From contig NIVC01000206.1 of NCBI GenBank assembly GCA_002269645.1, positions 248,001 to 312,000 of the forward strand: a stretch of 64,000 bases of DNA. Reading direction: 5' to 3'. Position numbers and translations under genes: made by a program. Positions 41,746 through 56,430 of this stretch are shown piece by piece. Numbering within the stretch: position 1 is the first letter of the stretch; the number at the start of each line of letters is the position of its first letter. The notes under the pieces were generated by a model. That model did no database searches. It saw only the letters and a list, made by a program, of their open reading frames with translations, and was not told where the DNA came from. The DNA is from Macrostomum lignano. Taxonomy: Eukaryota.

Positions 41746-43330
41746 AATCTAATCACAGAGGTCTACCTTCTAGACTTTGAAGCTGCAGCTTGGTAGGCTA
41801 CCAGCCTACCATACTCCCAAAGATGCTGTTTTGTGGGGAAAATTCTTGTGTGCAACAAGGTCCCAGGCAGCCATGTGCGGCCTGCACGGCGTGCAGCCAA
41901 AAGGCGGAAATTATTTTGGCATGCGCCGCGCAAATATTTTATTCACTCCACATTTTTGGTAATGACAATTTTTTTATTTTAAATTGAATGTCTCACGATA
42001 ATAACACAATGTGCATAACGAGAGATCTTTTTGTGTATCTACAATAAGGAAAACAACTTTTGCGTGATGCAATACAATTTTCAGGCATTATAAAATAGTA
42101 TATAATAAATACAAACTATAGTATTTTGTTTAAGTATTTCTTTTTTTCATTTTTATTTGAAAGTGTGTCTTGCATTAATTATTCAATGCAAAGCTTACCG
42201 CTTACATAGATAGGCCTAGATCGGTAGATCTAGATCCCTTGTTGCCACAATGCCACTTACCTGTGCTGTCCTAGTTTACTATGGATAGTTTCTTTTCTTT
42301 ATTTGAATTTTAAATCTCTCGTTAAAAATTTAAATCTAAAAAATCTAAAATTTAAATTTAAAAATTTAAAAAGTCATTTAGCTTGGCGTGCATGGGGTAT
42401 ATATGTGATTTGACCTTCTGCGTGCGGCGTGCAAGGGCAAAAATTATTTTCCTGTGCATTAAGCATACTCAGGACTATGGATAGGCTATCTCTTTCACTG
42501 CATCAAAGCTATTTTTTACCAAGTATAACAGCAAGTCCTACAGGCTATAGCACTATAGCAAGGATATCTGGTGGACTCAGGCAATTGCAACTTTATTTGG
42601 ATGCTTATGGCCCTGCCCTGCCTGCCAGTGGAGCATATGAATGACATTATCTTACCTAACCTAAATGAAAAATATGTTTATAATGACATAGGAATTTATT
42701 ATTTACCTAGGCTAGGCCGCCTAGGCCTAGTCCCAACTAATTGGCACTAAACTAAAGACAAAATAGGCCTATACAGGCTAGGCCTAGGCCTATAATAGTA
42801 TAAATATGAGGTAAGATTTCAAATAAGATGAGATTACAAAATCACTATATACCGCTTACATTAGGCTTAGGCCCACTTTTACTAAAAATGGCCTATCTTT
42901 TTTTTAATATTAGGGCCTATTACTATTAGGCCCCTAAGTATTATTATTAATATAGGTCTAATAAAAAATAAATTTAGAAACGAAATTTTCAAAGATTAAT
43001 TCTCGGGAGTTGTTCTAATTTTGATTCCGGGAGTAGCCATATTAAAAAATTATCGAAAATAACAAAACAAACGCTATTCCGTCGTTTGCTCTGCAGCTAA
43101 ATTGTAAAGTCAGGTGTAGGCCTGATGAAAGCGAATATTGCATAAAAATAAGACAATTTTTTGACTTAAAAAAGTTCTTGTAAAGCTTACAAGATAAAAC
43201 AAATTTTTTAACTGTCTAAGCGAACTTCACTTCACTTCTTATTTTGCACATTTGTAATTAGCAGTTAATGCACTGCCACTAGTGGTATGTTTTTTTATTT
43301 TTGACAAATATCGTCGTCGTCACTATTTAC

Positions 43331-44607
43331 CAGTGTTGGGCAAGTTACTCAAAAAAAGTAACTTGCGTTACTGTAACTTAAGTTACCACTTTTTAAAAAG
43401 TAACTTACGTTAGCCTAGTAACTTTGAACAAAAACCCGGTAACTTTTAAGTTACTTCCGTTACTTACTTCCGTTACCTATGTTATTAACAAAATTTTCTG
43501 CTTTTTTAACATTGCAAATGTGATGGAACAGCACAAATGATCGCGAAAGCCAGGAGGAAGAGTACAACAACATTAATTTCAGTAACTGTATTAAATTTTA
43601 ATCACTTTAGGCCCTTTCCGTAAAAAGAAGAGAAGCTGAAGGTCAGAAACGTTAAACGCAAAACGCAATTTAATTTTTAATAACATTATAAGTTATAATA
43701 CACAAGGACAACTTAACGTAACTTCAGTTGTCCTTGATAATACATCACTCGTAATAAGTACCTGGCTTTATACTCCACTCTACAGTCTGCTTTACTAGTC
43801 TTTTTATTTATTTTCAATTATTATCATTAATATTAAATTATTGTGCAGTGCAGTGCAGTGCCAGTGGACTTTAGTGGTGTAGCCAGGGAGGCCGCCTTAA
43901 CAATCGTTGGGGCGGCAACTTCACCCCACCTGCAAGACACCCCACCTGGGGGTGGGGTTGGGCGTGGCGGGTACCAAAAACCATGAGGCGATTGAGTGCC
44001 TGCGGCGCTTAAATGAGTGCCTGCGGCGCTTAAATGAGTGCCTGCGGCGCTTAAATGAGTGCTTGCGGCGCTAAAATGAGTGCCTGCGGCGCTAAAAGTG
44101 GCAATGGCATGAGGCATGGCCAGCCAGGCCAACCCGCCCCCCCCAATTAAAATTCCTGCATGGCTACGTCGATCACTGAGTGGATTTGTGGAGACTACAG
44201 ATGAATTTCTTTCTTTGGTTGTTTGTTTCTAAGAACTAAACAAAATATTTTTATTAACTTAAAAACGAAAAGCAAAAATATTTTACCGAAAATAACAAAG
44301 TAAAAACATGTTTCAAGTATTTCTTTATTAATTACAGCGTAATACCGTATGATATTATTCACTTAGTTTTGAATTTAGGAATGAAAAATGCTAAAAATGT
44401 GACAACTGGCGTAATAGCTAAGCATATCAGTTTTAAATTTAAATATTGCGATTGTTGCAAAGTAACTGTAACGGACTTCCGAAATTTGAGTAACTTACCG
44501 TTACTCCGTTACCAAAATAGGAAAGTAACTTGCGTAAGGAACGCTTTACGAAAAAGTAACTTGCGTTACCATTTACAAGTTACTCGGTACGGAAGTGCCC
44601 AACACTG
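43331..44607. mobile_element. Non-autonomous hAT DNA transposon, 1277 bp
   Basis: TIRs cagtgttgggca / tgcccaacactg; perfect 8-bp TSD ctatttac at 43323-43330 and 44608-44615; dense subterminal gtaac/gttac repeats. Confidence 0.92.
43862..44178. mobile_element. Possible nested MITE with an internal 21-bp tandem repeat
   Basis: GC-rich insert in the AT-rich hAT body; degenerate ends cagtgg..gtgtagcca / tggctacg..cactg; about 5 copies of tgagtgcctgcggcgcttaaa; no clear TSD. Confidence 0.45.
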
Positions 44608-45762
44608 CTATTTACGATAATTAAAACCTATACGTGATAAAAAATTCTAGTTCGAAACCCGACAAGCAAGACAAAAGGCAAAGGCAAAAAGCAAAAGGAG
44701 CAGCAGAAACTTATTTGTAAAATACAGTAAAGTGCATGCTAAAACATCTCTTTTTTAAATCCATGGCTTACAACGCACAGGAAAAAATAGATATAAATCT
44801 CTAATTCTTAGAGTTCAAGCAAGGACTACTAGACAAAATTCCAGTGGTCTTGAGTTATTTGTTTATAATAATCATGAAATTAAAATTCCGCATTGAAATC
44901 AGACACTCAGCCTAAATAGAAAAAAAAACCATTAGACGTTCAGATACATTTAATGCTTCTATTATTTTTAGTATCGTACGAGCTACTTTTCGAGAGTTTC
45001 AGTTTTCGCACTTTTTGCACCTTAACGATAATGAGACATAGCTCGTACAATCTTTGATAGAAAGACTGAAAATTGATTACAAAGCCAATCTTCTCCAGCA
45101 ACTTTCAAGAGAATTTTCCTTCAACACTCGTTGCCGTGGACTTTGGCCAGAGATTCGGCAACGGCCGGGTTGCGATAAAAGTGCAGCTATCATGCCTGCT
45201 GAACTGCTCCCTATGAAATCGATGGCTTATGTAAAACGACTGATCATTTCTTATTTCCAGGTTGCGCTAATCTTATTGTCTACTTTCAGCATGGAAAGTC
45301 TGTCAACTGTGCCAGAATAAGTCCGCACGATAATAACGTACGTAATATCCAAGTCAGTACAAGATTTAAACAGATTGCTACAATTTTATTAATGCGTTGA
45401 AATAGTATCTCGCAATTAAAGTACATTATACATTTACACAAAAAATCCGATGCACTATTGCAAGTAAATTCGTAAGACTTGAAACGAAACCGAGATGTTC
45501 CAATGTACTTTAGTTGCTATAATCGAAAATTTTCTATACATGTTAATTTATCCAAATGAAATGTAAAACAACATTGGTCCTACTACAGGCATTGATAAAA
45601 TGTTTTCTTTAATCAATAGACTAAGTTAAAGTTGACGTTGAACACATACTCTGAAAATTATATCGACAAGTCATTTTTATTGATATACTACGCTTTTAAG
45701 TAAATGCTTCACTTTAAAATAAATAGAAATGTAATAATCAGTATATATTAAATTTTAAATAA

Positions 45763-46553
<791 letters not shown>

Positions 46554-47059
46554 TGACTTTAGAAATATGGCCATAAAATATAACAGTTGGTCACCGAAAA
46601 TACCGCACAGAAGTACAAAACAAGTTATGTTGCCTGCCGCTTGCTTGTGGAAGCAATTTCGAATGTAATGCAGCATTGAATTGAATATGGATTCAGTGAT
46701 AGACAGCTCTTTAGATCTGCACTCTTTGGACTTTGAACGAAGATTCACTCTTTTTGAGCACGACTGAGTACTTAGGTTGTCAAATCGCTCAATGCGCCAT
46801 CGTGAGCGACAGTAGTGCAGCAATGTCAGAGGGGTAAGCAATTGTTTCTTAGAAAGCTGCTGAATCGATTTCTTGACGACAGGCTTGCCAGTTTATTGAC
46901 GTTTACAGTCTGCAAGTGAATGCAAGGCACGCTGGTATTGATCACCATAGGTACCAGGCTGAAACATTTAACTGTCTACTTAGTTGCGAGTATCTATAGA
47001 CCATTAAAGCGCTGCAGATAATGCATTGTAGAGAAAGGACAAATGCAATTTCTGTCTCA

Positions 47060-48035
<976 letters not shown>

Positions 48036-48656
48036 TTACTCTCCCAGCTAGAGCAGTCTACAGCGGCTCCTGATAGGCCAGCCCAACACTGAGCAATCGG
48101 CCCTGCTAATCAGCAATTAATAATCCAATTGTAAGCTTCTGACTACAAACTATGCAGCTATGCTCATAGAGACTGCAGGAAGGGGAAGTGCAGCGAGAGC
48201 CGCAGGCCACTCCCAGCAACGGGAGCGGCCCACCCAGCGTCCCAGTAACTACTGGCATATAAGCTGCAGCCTTGGCCACCCCATCAAGCGTCCCCATTGC
48301 CGAACTAAATAAAGTATATCCCACAGCACCCGTCCCGCACTCCCAATGCCAAGCCTATAGGGAGCTTCCCTCTCAGCATCATCGACTGGGCCACCAAATT
48401 CCATTCTGTTCTCCTCTCTCTCACTCTCCCAGTCTAGCCCCAGCCACCTGCTCCCCTATTGTTCTTCACTCACCGTCCATCTATTTAAAAACACCAGTTT
48501 TGTCGCACAAGCATACAAATCGTATTGTAAGCATCTTAGCGCTTTTATACAGGCACCGGTCCGTACTATAGGAGTCCTATACTACACTTTTAGTCTTTTC
48601 TTTTTAAGATTAGCACTTTTATAATATAATCGTAATTCTTAGAAAGTCAGTTTAAA

Positions 48657-51600
48657 ATGCGACTTTATCGAGCGGTGCTGACTGCTGTGCTGGTGCTGGC
48701 AGGGGTGCACATTGCCTTGGGCTCGCTATCCATTGTGCTGGGCACAATATCTTCTATTCAAGCTGTGATTTGGATGGCCCATCGCGTGTCTCCGATCTGG
48801 TCTGGCGGATTTGTGAGTCTTTAATTGTGACTATTGATGCCGGGATCATCGTTTTGATTGACAGGTGCGATTGGGAAAATTGCTTATGGAAGCTGAGATA
48901 GGGACACTGAGATTGGAGCGGCATTGGAGAGATAAGGAGAGAGAGGCATTGTAGAGAGGAGGAAAAGATTTTAGTAAGGAGGGTGAGATTTTAGTAAGGA
49001 GAGCGAGATTGTAGGTAAAGGAGAGTGAGATTGTAGGTAAAGGAGAGTGAGATTGTAGGTAAAGGAGAGTGAGATTGTAGGTAAAGGAGAGTGTGAGATT
49101 GTAGGTGAAGGAGAGCGAGATTGTAGGTAAAGGAGAGTGTGAGATTGTAGGTAAAGGAGAGCGAGATTGTAGGTAAAGGAGAGTGAGATTGTAGGTAAAG
49201 GAGAGTGAGATTGTAGGTAAAGGAGAGTGAGAGATTGTAGGTAAAGGAGAGTGAGATTGTAGGTAAAGGAGAGTGAGAGATTGTAGGTAAAGGAGAGGGA
49301 GATTGTAGGTAAAGGAGAGTGAGATTGTAGGTAAAGGAGAGTGAGATTGTAGGTAAAGGAGAGTGAGATTGTAGGTAAAGGAGAGTGAGATTGTAGGTAA
49401 AGGAGAGTGTGAGATTGTAGGTGAAGGAGAGCGAGATTGTAGGTAAAGGAGAGTGTGAGATTGTAGGTAAAGGAGAGCGAGATTGTAGGTAAAGGAGAGT
49501 GAGATTGTAGGTAAAGGAGAGTGAGATTGTAGGTAAAGGAGAGTGAGAGATTGTAGGTAAAGGAGAGTGAGATTGTAGGTAAAGGAGAGTGAGAGATTGT
49601 AGGTAAAGGAGAGGGAGATTGTAGGTAAAGGAGAGTGAGATTGTAGGTAAAGGAGAGTGAGAGATTTTAGGTAAAGGAGAGGGAGATTGTAGGTAAAGGA
49701 GAGCGAGATTGTAGGTAAAGGAGAGTGTGAGATTGTAGGTAAAGGAAAGCGAGATTGTAGGTAAAGGAGAGTGAGATTGTAGGTAAAGGAGAGTGAGATT
49801 GTAGGTAAAGGAGAGTGAGATTGTAGGTAAAGGAGAGTGAGATTGTAGGTAAAGGAGAGTGAGATTGTAGGTAAAGGAGAGTGAGATTGTAGGGAAAAAT
49901 AGAGTGAAATTGTAGGGAGAAGGAGAGTGGGATTGTTGGAAGAACAGTAAGATTGCAGTGAGAAGGAGAGCAAGTTTTGTGCGAGATGGTGTGAGCAGTG
50001 GACGCTGAACTAGGTTAAAATTAGCTATGGAAAAGTGCAAAGAGTAAGATTGGATACATTCCCTAATGAGCATAGAAGCGGATATCTGATACTGTCATAC
50101 TGCCTGCAATTCAATGATTGCAGAGAGCAGTGGTGCAGAACCATCAGTAGCTTAGTTAACGCAGCTAAATTATTCCATCAATGTGTCAGAAAATTAGGTT
50201 ACAGTTTCACAAAGCTATATACCTAATGGGCAAATGCAGGTCTGACCTCAATTCGAAATTGACATGGAATACACGCATCTACAGCTGCAGATCAAAGTAA
50301 AATTGGATTACTCCTGGAGAAAAGAATTCACCGAACCAAGCCCAAACTTTTCTTATTCCTAACGAAATCAATTCTGTTCTCTCTCTGTGCGTGAGTTTGT
50401 GTGAGTTATAGAAGCTATAAAAAGGCCAGATTCGCTGTCTGATGAAGCTTATTTATGCTTGTGTCTGAGGTGACTGCTGCACTTTTGCACATTACTAATA
50501 CTGTGTATAAGAGTGTAGGATTGCCGCTCCAAATACTGTAGGATTGCAGCTCCAAATACTGTAGGATTGCAGCTCCAAATACTGTAGGATTGCAGCTCCA
50601 AATACTGTATGATTGCAGCTCCAAATACTGTAGGATTGCAGCTCCAAATACTGTATGATTGCAGCTCCAAATACTGTAGGATTGCAGCTCCAAATACTGT
50701 AGGATTGCAGCTCCAAATACTGTAGGATTGCAGCTCCAAATACTGTAGGATTGCAGCTCCAAATACTGTAGGATTGCAGCTCCAAATACTGTAGGATTGC
50801 AGCTTTAAATACTGTAGAATTGCAGCTCCAAATACTGTAGGATTGCAGCTCCAAATACTGTATGATTGCAGCTCCAAATACTGTAGGATTGCAGCTCCAA
50901 ATACTGTATGATTGCAGCTCCAAATACTGTAGGATTGCAGCTCCAAATACTGTATGATTGCAGCTCCAAATCATGTACTAGATGACCCTGTAGCAAACAT
51001 GTAGAGTCAATGATAATTTCATGCCAAGCAGAAATTTAAAGCAGAATTGATTCGATGATTACGAGCCTCGTAAAACGAGAACAAGACTGATTTAATTAAT
51101 TTATTGAGGCATCGCTTGCTTGGCTTTAAAAACATTTTCAGTTTGACAAATTTGTACTTTTAATACCCGCAGTTCCTGGTCACTGGCACGATTGGTGTGG
51201 TCTGCGTTAAAAGGCAAACTGTCTATATTGTGAGTCCTATTGCTTACTACTTATAGTAGCTAACTTACTACGTTGATGTCAATTTATTTCTTCAGTTTGA
51301 TCATCAGAGTCGCCACTTTGAGTAACACGAGCTTTAGGCATCAGCTCATCGACATCTCCCAACAGATCCTCTGCTTCTCAGCCTTCTCCGTCGTGTCTCT
51401 CCTGACTGCCGTGATCAGCATCCAGCTGCTGCGGCTCGGCCTGGTGAACCACACCACGGACGGCCACACCTACCAGAAGGAGACTCTCGACACCCTGCTG
51501 CTCTGCGCCCTGGGAGCCGCTGGCACAGAATGCGTCGTCTGCGTAGTCAGCGGCATCGTCAGCTGCCGACTGGCCAAGCTGGCCAAGTCCGAGGCCGGCG

Positions 51601-51719
51601 CCAAGCGGGAGGCTGTGTTCCACGTGGAGGTCTACGGCCAGAAGGACGTGGTGGTGGTCAGCCGCAGCGGCGTTGATGGCAAAGTGGAGCGGAAGCTGCT
51701 TGACGCTAGCGAGCTGTGA
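48657..51719 (+). CDS. TMEM196: TMEM196-like / CD20-like four-TM protein; exons 48657-48812, 51173-51229, 51366-51719; 188 aa
   Basis: MRLYRAVLTAVLVLAGVHIALGSLSIVLG..SPIWSGGF|FLVTGTIGVVCVKRQTVYI|ILCFSAFSVVSLL..SCRLAK. The SPxWSG motif and TM layout match the TMEM196 family; three phase-0 GT-AG exons. The first two exons are absent from the ORF track. Confidence 0.8.
48965..49900. repeat. 22/24-bp minisatellite in TMEM196 intron 1
   Basis: gagattgtaggtaaaggagagt units. Confidence 0.95.
50510..50970. repeat. 23-bp minisatellite in TMEM196 intron 1
   Basis: gattgcagctccaaatactgtag units. Confidence 0.95.
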
Positions 51720-52232
<513 letters not shown>

Positions 52233-52828
52233 GTCTTTCGGTGTGACATCAGCATCAATCATCATCTATACATACTGGCTATGAAACCAGCTAAAGATTT
52301 TTTTTCAAGGATTCAAATCATGGTCACGTTGAACTCATACAAATAAAGCACAACAAGTTTCAAGTCTTTATAATTGTAGTAAAAATAAATAGCTTATGGG
52401 TGCAGTTTTTCGACTAAAATTGTTAACAAGCTCTACAAAAGTCTCAAAAAGAATTAAACTTATGATGTATCTATCTACTAAGGAAAGAATAAGGACTACA
52501 TGCACAAGATATCGACTGCTCTGAGCCGCAGCGCTGTTGCGGTAATCACGTGACTTTAAATTAAAATGTAATCGGATTGAAAGAGAAAAGGTGCCTATAA
52601 TCAAGTGTACGGGTAAGTTTCTATTTACGAGTACACTGTGCCAAATGAACATCAAGGTCCATAAAAAATATTTTATGTAAATAATTGCAAGAAGCATTCT
52701 GTCCATTCTGCTGACTCATGAATACATGCAAGCGCGCCAATGCTGTTACACAGACACGAACTCATGCACACGCTCTCACAGGGTGTACTGCTATGGGGGG
52801 GCGGAGTCATCAGGTGACGAATCTACAA

Positions 52829-52959
52829 GTTGCTGTTGTTGTTGATGATGTTGTCGTTGATGATGTTGTTTTTGTTGCTGTTGTTGTTGTTGTTGCTGCT
52901 GCTGTTTTTTTGCTGTTGTTGTTGTTGCTGCTGCTGTTGTTGTTGTTGTTGTTGGCGTT
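52829..52959 (-). repeat. (CAA)n/(CAG)n tract at the 3' end of the retrotransposon
   Basis: ttg/ctg/atg triplets on the plus strand. Confidence 0.95.
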
Positions 52960-52973
52960 GCCGTACCACGGTC

Positions 52974-54281
52974 CTACTCTCTCTTCAGTCTAACCCGTTC
53001 TCGGAACTCGTTCCAAAGGGCCCGGCATTCTTCGGGCATGGCGCATAAGTCACCCATCTCCGTGATGCCGGTCTTCCTCCTGATGTTGTCCATCACTGGG
53101 CACTTCAACAGTACGTGTTCCGTGCCTTCCTCCTCGAGATTGCACAGCCGGCACGTTCCACTCTCCCTGGCTCCAATCCGAGCACCATACTCCGCCAGCT
53201 CCGTGTGGTGTCCGGTCCTGAACCTGGCAAAATCGCGCCTGGCCGCTCTGCACCACTTTCCTTCCTTCCGCCAGTCCGGCTGCTTCTTCGCGTAGATTTC
53301 CTTCGCCCTCTCGTGCTTCCACTCCATCCTGCCTTCCAGGGCTCTACGAATGTGGTTAGTGGCCGCTTTCCTTGTCCAGACGTCACCTTCCTCGCCTCGT
53401 CCCTCTGCCGCCAGCCTGTCCGCCAGCTCATTTCCTTCCACTCCGACATGTCCTGCCACCCACTTCATCGTCAGGGTTCTTTCAGGCCACTTTGCGATCT
53501 TTAGCCAGCAATGCCTCACGTCCTGCCATTCACCCTTCCATCTGTCCTGGAAAGCCCGGAGCGCTGCTTGACTGTCACTCACGATGGTGGCCGTTTTCCA
53601 GTCTGCCGCGTCCAACCAATCGATTGCCATACGGAGTGCCCTGATCTCGGCTTGCGTGGACGAGCATCCCTGTCCCGCTGATCCTCGAGCTTCGCCCTGC
53701 TTCGTGCTGCCCCGGTAGATGATGAGACCAGCTCCACCTTTACCGTCCTTGCCCACCGACCCATCTGTGTACAGGATGTAGTCGGTGTCTCTGTTCGCGA
53801 TCCAGCTCTCTGCGGTTTCCTTGTTCTCTTTCTCGGTTGCCTGCCGGTTCGTGAGCTCCTCCAAGGCAACCTTAGTTCTGATTTGAACCCACGGTGGGAT
53901 TGGCCTGCTCCGCTCTTCCGGCTCCGGCTCCGGTAACGCCAGTCTGGTCCAGTCCTCGCGACACTTCTGCCTCCAGTTGGGCTTCTTCAGCCTCTTCTTC
54001 ATGCGCCTATTGGCCATCTCATTCCTAGGCGAGTCCGCTGGTAGCCGTCGGTAGCTATCATAGGTCTTCAGCGTCTGGAACTGCAGCCTGCTTTCCAGCG
54101 ATGGTAGCCCGGCTTCTTGCAGCACCATTTCCACCGGCGTGCTGGCCAGTACTCCGGCAATGGCTCTGGCGGCTGCCCGCTGGCACCTCTCCAGCTTCTC
54201 CAGGTGTACCTTGGCCAGCCATGGGTACCATGCCGGGGCCGCGTACTCCAGAATCGGTCTCACTAGCGCCAGGTAGGCCAA
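52974..54281 (-). CDS. Retrotransposon C-terminal part: post-RT region, RNase H, CCHC knuckle
   Basis: AYLALVRPILEY; YTDGS; WVAGHVGVEGNELAD; CRLCNLEEEGTEHVLLKC. Confidence 0.9.
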   Translation of the reverse strand: MAYLALVRPILEYAAPAWYPWLAKVHLEKLERCQRAAARAIAGVLASTPVEMVLQEAGLPSLESRLQFQTLKTYDSYRRLPADSPRNEMANRRMKKRLKKPNWRQKCREDWTRLALPEPEPEERSRPIPPWVQIRTKVALEELTNRQATEKENKETAESWIANRDTDYILYTDGSVGKDGKGGAGLIIYRGSTKQGEARGSAGQGCSSTQAEIRALRMAIDWLDAADWKTATIVSDSQAALRAFQDRWKGEWQDVRHCWLKIAKWPERTLTMKWVAGHVGVEGNELADRLAAEGRGEEGDVWTRKAATNHIRRALEGRMEWKHERAKEIYAKKQPDWRKEGKWCRAARRDFARFRTGHHTELAEYGARIGARESGTCRLCNLEEEGTEHVLLKCPVMDNIRRKTGITEMGDLCAMPEECRALWNEFRERVRLKRE

Positions 54282-56430
54282 TCTCCAAGTTTAGACCTCC
54301 CTCCAAGCAACACAGCTTCTTCAGCAGGTGTGTCCTCGCCCTGGCCTTCGTCGATAGCATCCTCACGTGTTCAGCGAACGTGAGCTTTTGGTCCACCGTG
54401 ACCCCGAGGTATCGGGGGGCCGAGGTCGTTCTGATGATGTCATCTCCAATTCTCAAGTCGAGTCGCATTCCTCGCTCCGCTTGGTTGTTGCTATAGACGC
54501 ATGACTCGCACTTCTTAGTGTTCAAGGGGAGGTACCAGGCCCTGGTCCACTCGTGCACCTTCCGTAGTGCCTCCTGGACTCTAGCACATGCTCTGCCTAC
54601 TCGTTCTTCGGTGCTCCATAGGGCTACATCGTCAGCGAACATGCGGAATTGGACGCCGGTAGTCCCGCATTCCGAGGGCAGGTCGTCGATGAATACCAGG
54701 AACAGCAGGGGGACAGTACCGCCCCCTGTGGAAGCCCCTGCTTCATACACACCACTGCGCCTTTCTCCTCGCCTAGCCGCACCCAGTTGGTGCGATTGAC
54801 TAACCAGGCTTGTATCCATCTGATCATCCGGCCGTCAATCCCTTTCTTCAGCAGCTTCCAGAGCAACCCTGTTCGCCACACCTTGTCGTACGCCTTGGTG
54901 AAATCTAGGGTGGTCAGAACGGTCCGTTTCCGATCGTTAAACCCGTCGCTGATTTCCTGGCATAAGCTCAGCACCTGGTCCGTGGTTGTTCTGCCCTGTC
55001 TAAATCCGGCTTGGGCCTCCGTCAGCAGTTTCTGGTTTTCCAGCGTGTGCTTCAGACGGTTCGCCAGGACTCTTTCCAGCCACTTTCCAATCGTCGCAGT
55101 GAGACATATCGGGCGGTATGACACGATGGCCTCTGGATCCTGATTCTCCTTCAACAGGGGCACAATCTCGCCGGTTCTCCAGTTCTGTGGGACTTCGGCG
55201 TGCGCCCATGAGCGTTGGAACAGCTGGGCTACCGCTTTGATCATCTCGGTGGGCAGCTCCTTGAGTAGCCTCGGGTGGATTTTGTCTGGTCCCGGCGCCT
55301 TTCCGCCGTCCAACTCGTCCAGCGCATGCTGCACCTCCTCCAAGGTGATGTCGTCTCCCTCGTTCCGACCCGACTGCGTTCTCTTGAGCGTCCGATCGAC
55401 CTTTCTTCTGAGCGCTCTGTCCTTTTTCTTGATCTGGTAGCTGCTTACCGCCGCATACTCCTTGGCGAATGCTGTGGCCTTCTCTCTGGGCGTGATGTAC
55501 CTGCGGCCCTTGTGCGTAAGCACCTCGGCCGGGGCCCTTGGGGCACTCCCGGTGCAACCTCTCACCAGTTGCCAAATTTTGTCCACAGCGTTGCCCCCTG
55601 CCAGCTTCTCTTTCCACTTCAGTCTTTCGAGGTTCCTGGTTTCTTCCTTCGCTCTCTCCACCGCTTCCTGCGCTTCCTCGACCTGATCTTCGTCATTTCT
55701 GTACCACACCACTTTATCTCTCTGCTCGGCTATATCCGCTACCTCCCTGTCCACCACAGGCTGTCTGCCTGTGACCTTGATCAGTCCCACGCACCGGTAA
55801 GCCGCGTCCAGAATTTTCTCTCTGATGGCGTTCTCCATGTCCTTAGTCTTGCTTCGCATACCGATCTCCTCCGTAGCCGCCTTGAGCTCCGCCCTGTATC
55901 TTGACCAGTCCGCCTTCCGCCAGTTCCATGCCCATCTCGTCGGCCCGACCTCCCCTTTGCTGTGATGTCCGGCTTGTATGATGATCGGGGTGTGGTCGGA
56001 TTCCGACTGCTTAAGGCATTTCCAGGTAGGGCTCCATTGTTTCCACACCGCAGAGCTGCAGCATGAGATGTCTGGCGTGCTGCTGCCCTGGCCGGTTCTG
56101 CCTCGTCTGGTATGGCTGCCGTCGTTGAGTAGCACCGCATCATTCTCGGTCATCCATTCCTCCCAGGCCTCTCCTCTGGTGTCTTCCACGGCGCTGCTGT
56201 CCCAGGATGGGCTATGGGCGTTCAGGTCTCCCAGCCACCAGGCCTGGCCATTGTCTGCGATCTTATTCATCTGTTCTGGGACCTTGTCCTTGCTGTCCCT
56301 TACCGGTGGCGCGTACAGGTTGTAAAAGCGCTGTATAATTCCTCCCGGCCAGTGGATCTCGATACCCAGAGCTTCCAGATCGCCCTTGTTCCCTGCGTCG
56401 TCCTGTTCGACTCCTGGGCACTTGGGGCCG
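54282..56430 (-). CDS. Retrotransposon APE (C-terminal half) and reverse transcriptase, frameshifted at 54708-54712
   Basis: ORFs 54624-56270 and 54058-54819 join at LSP/LLFLVFIDD; FADD catalytic motif present. Confidence 0.9.
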
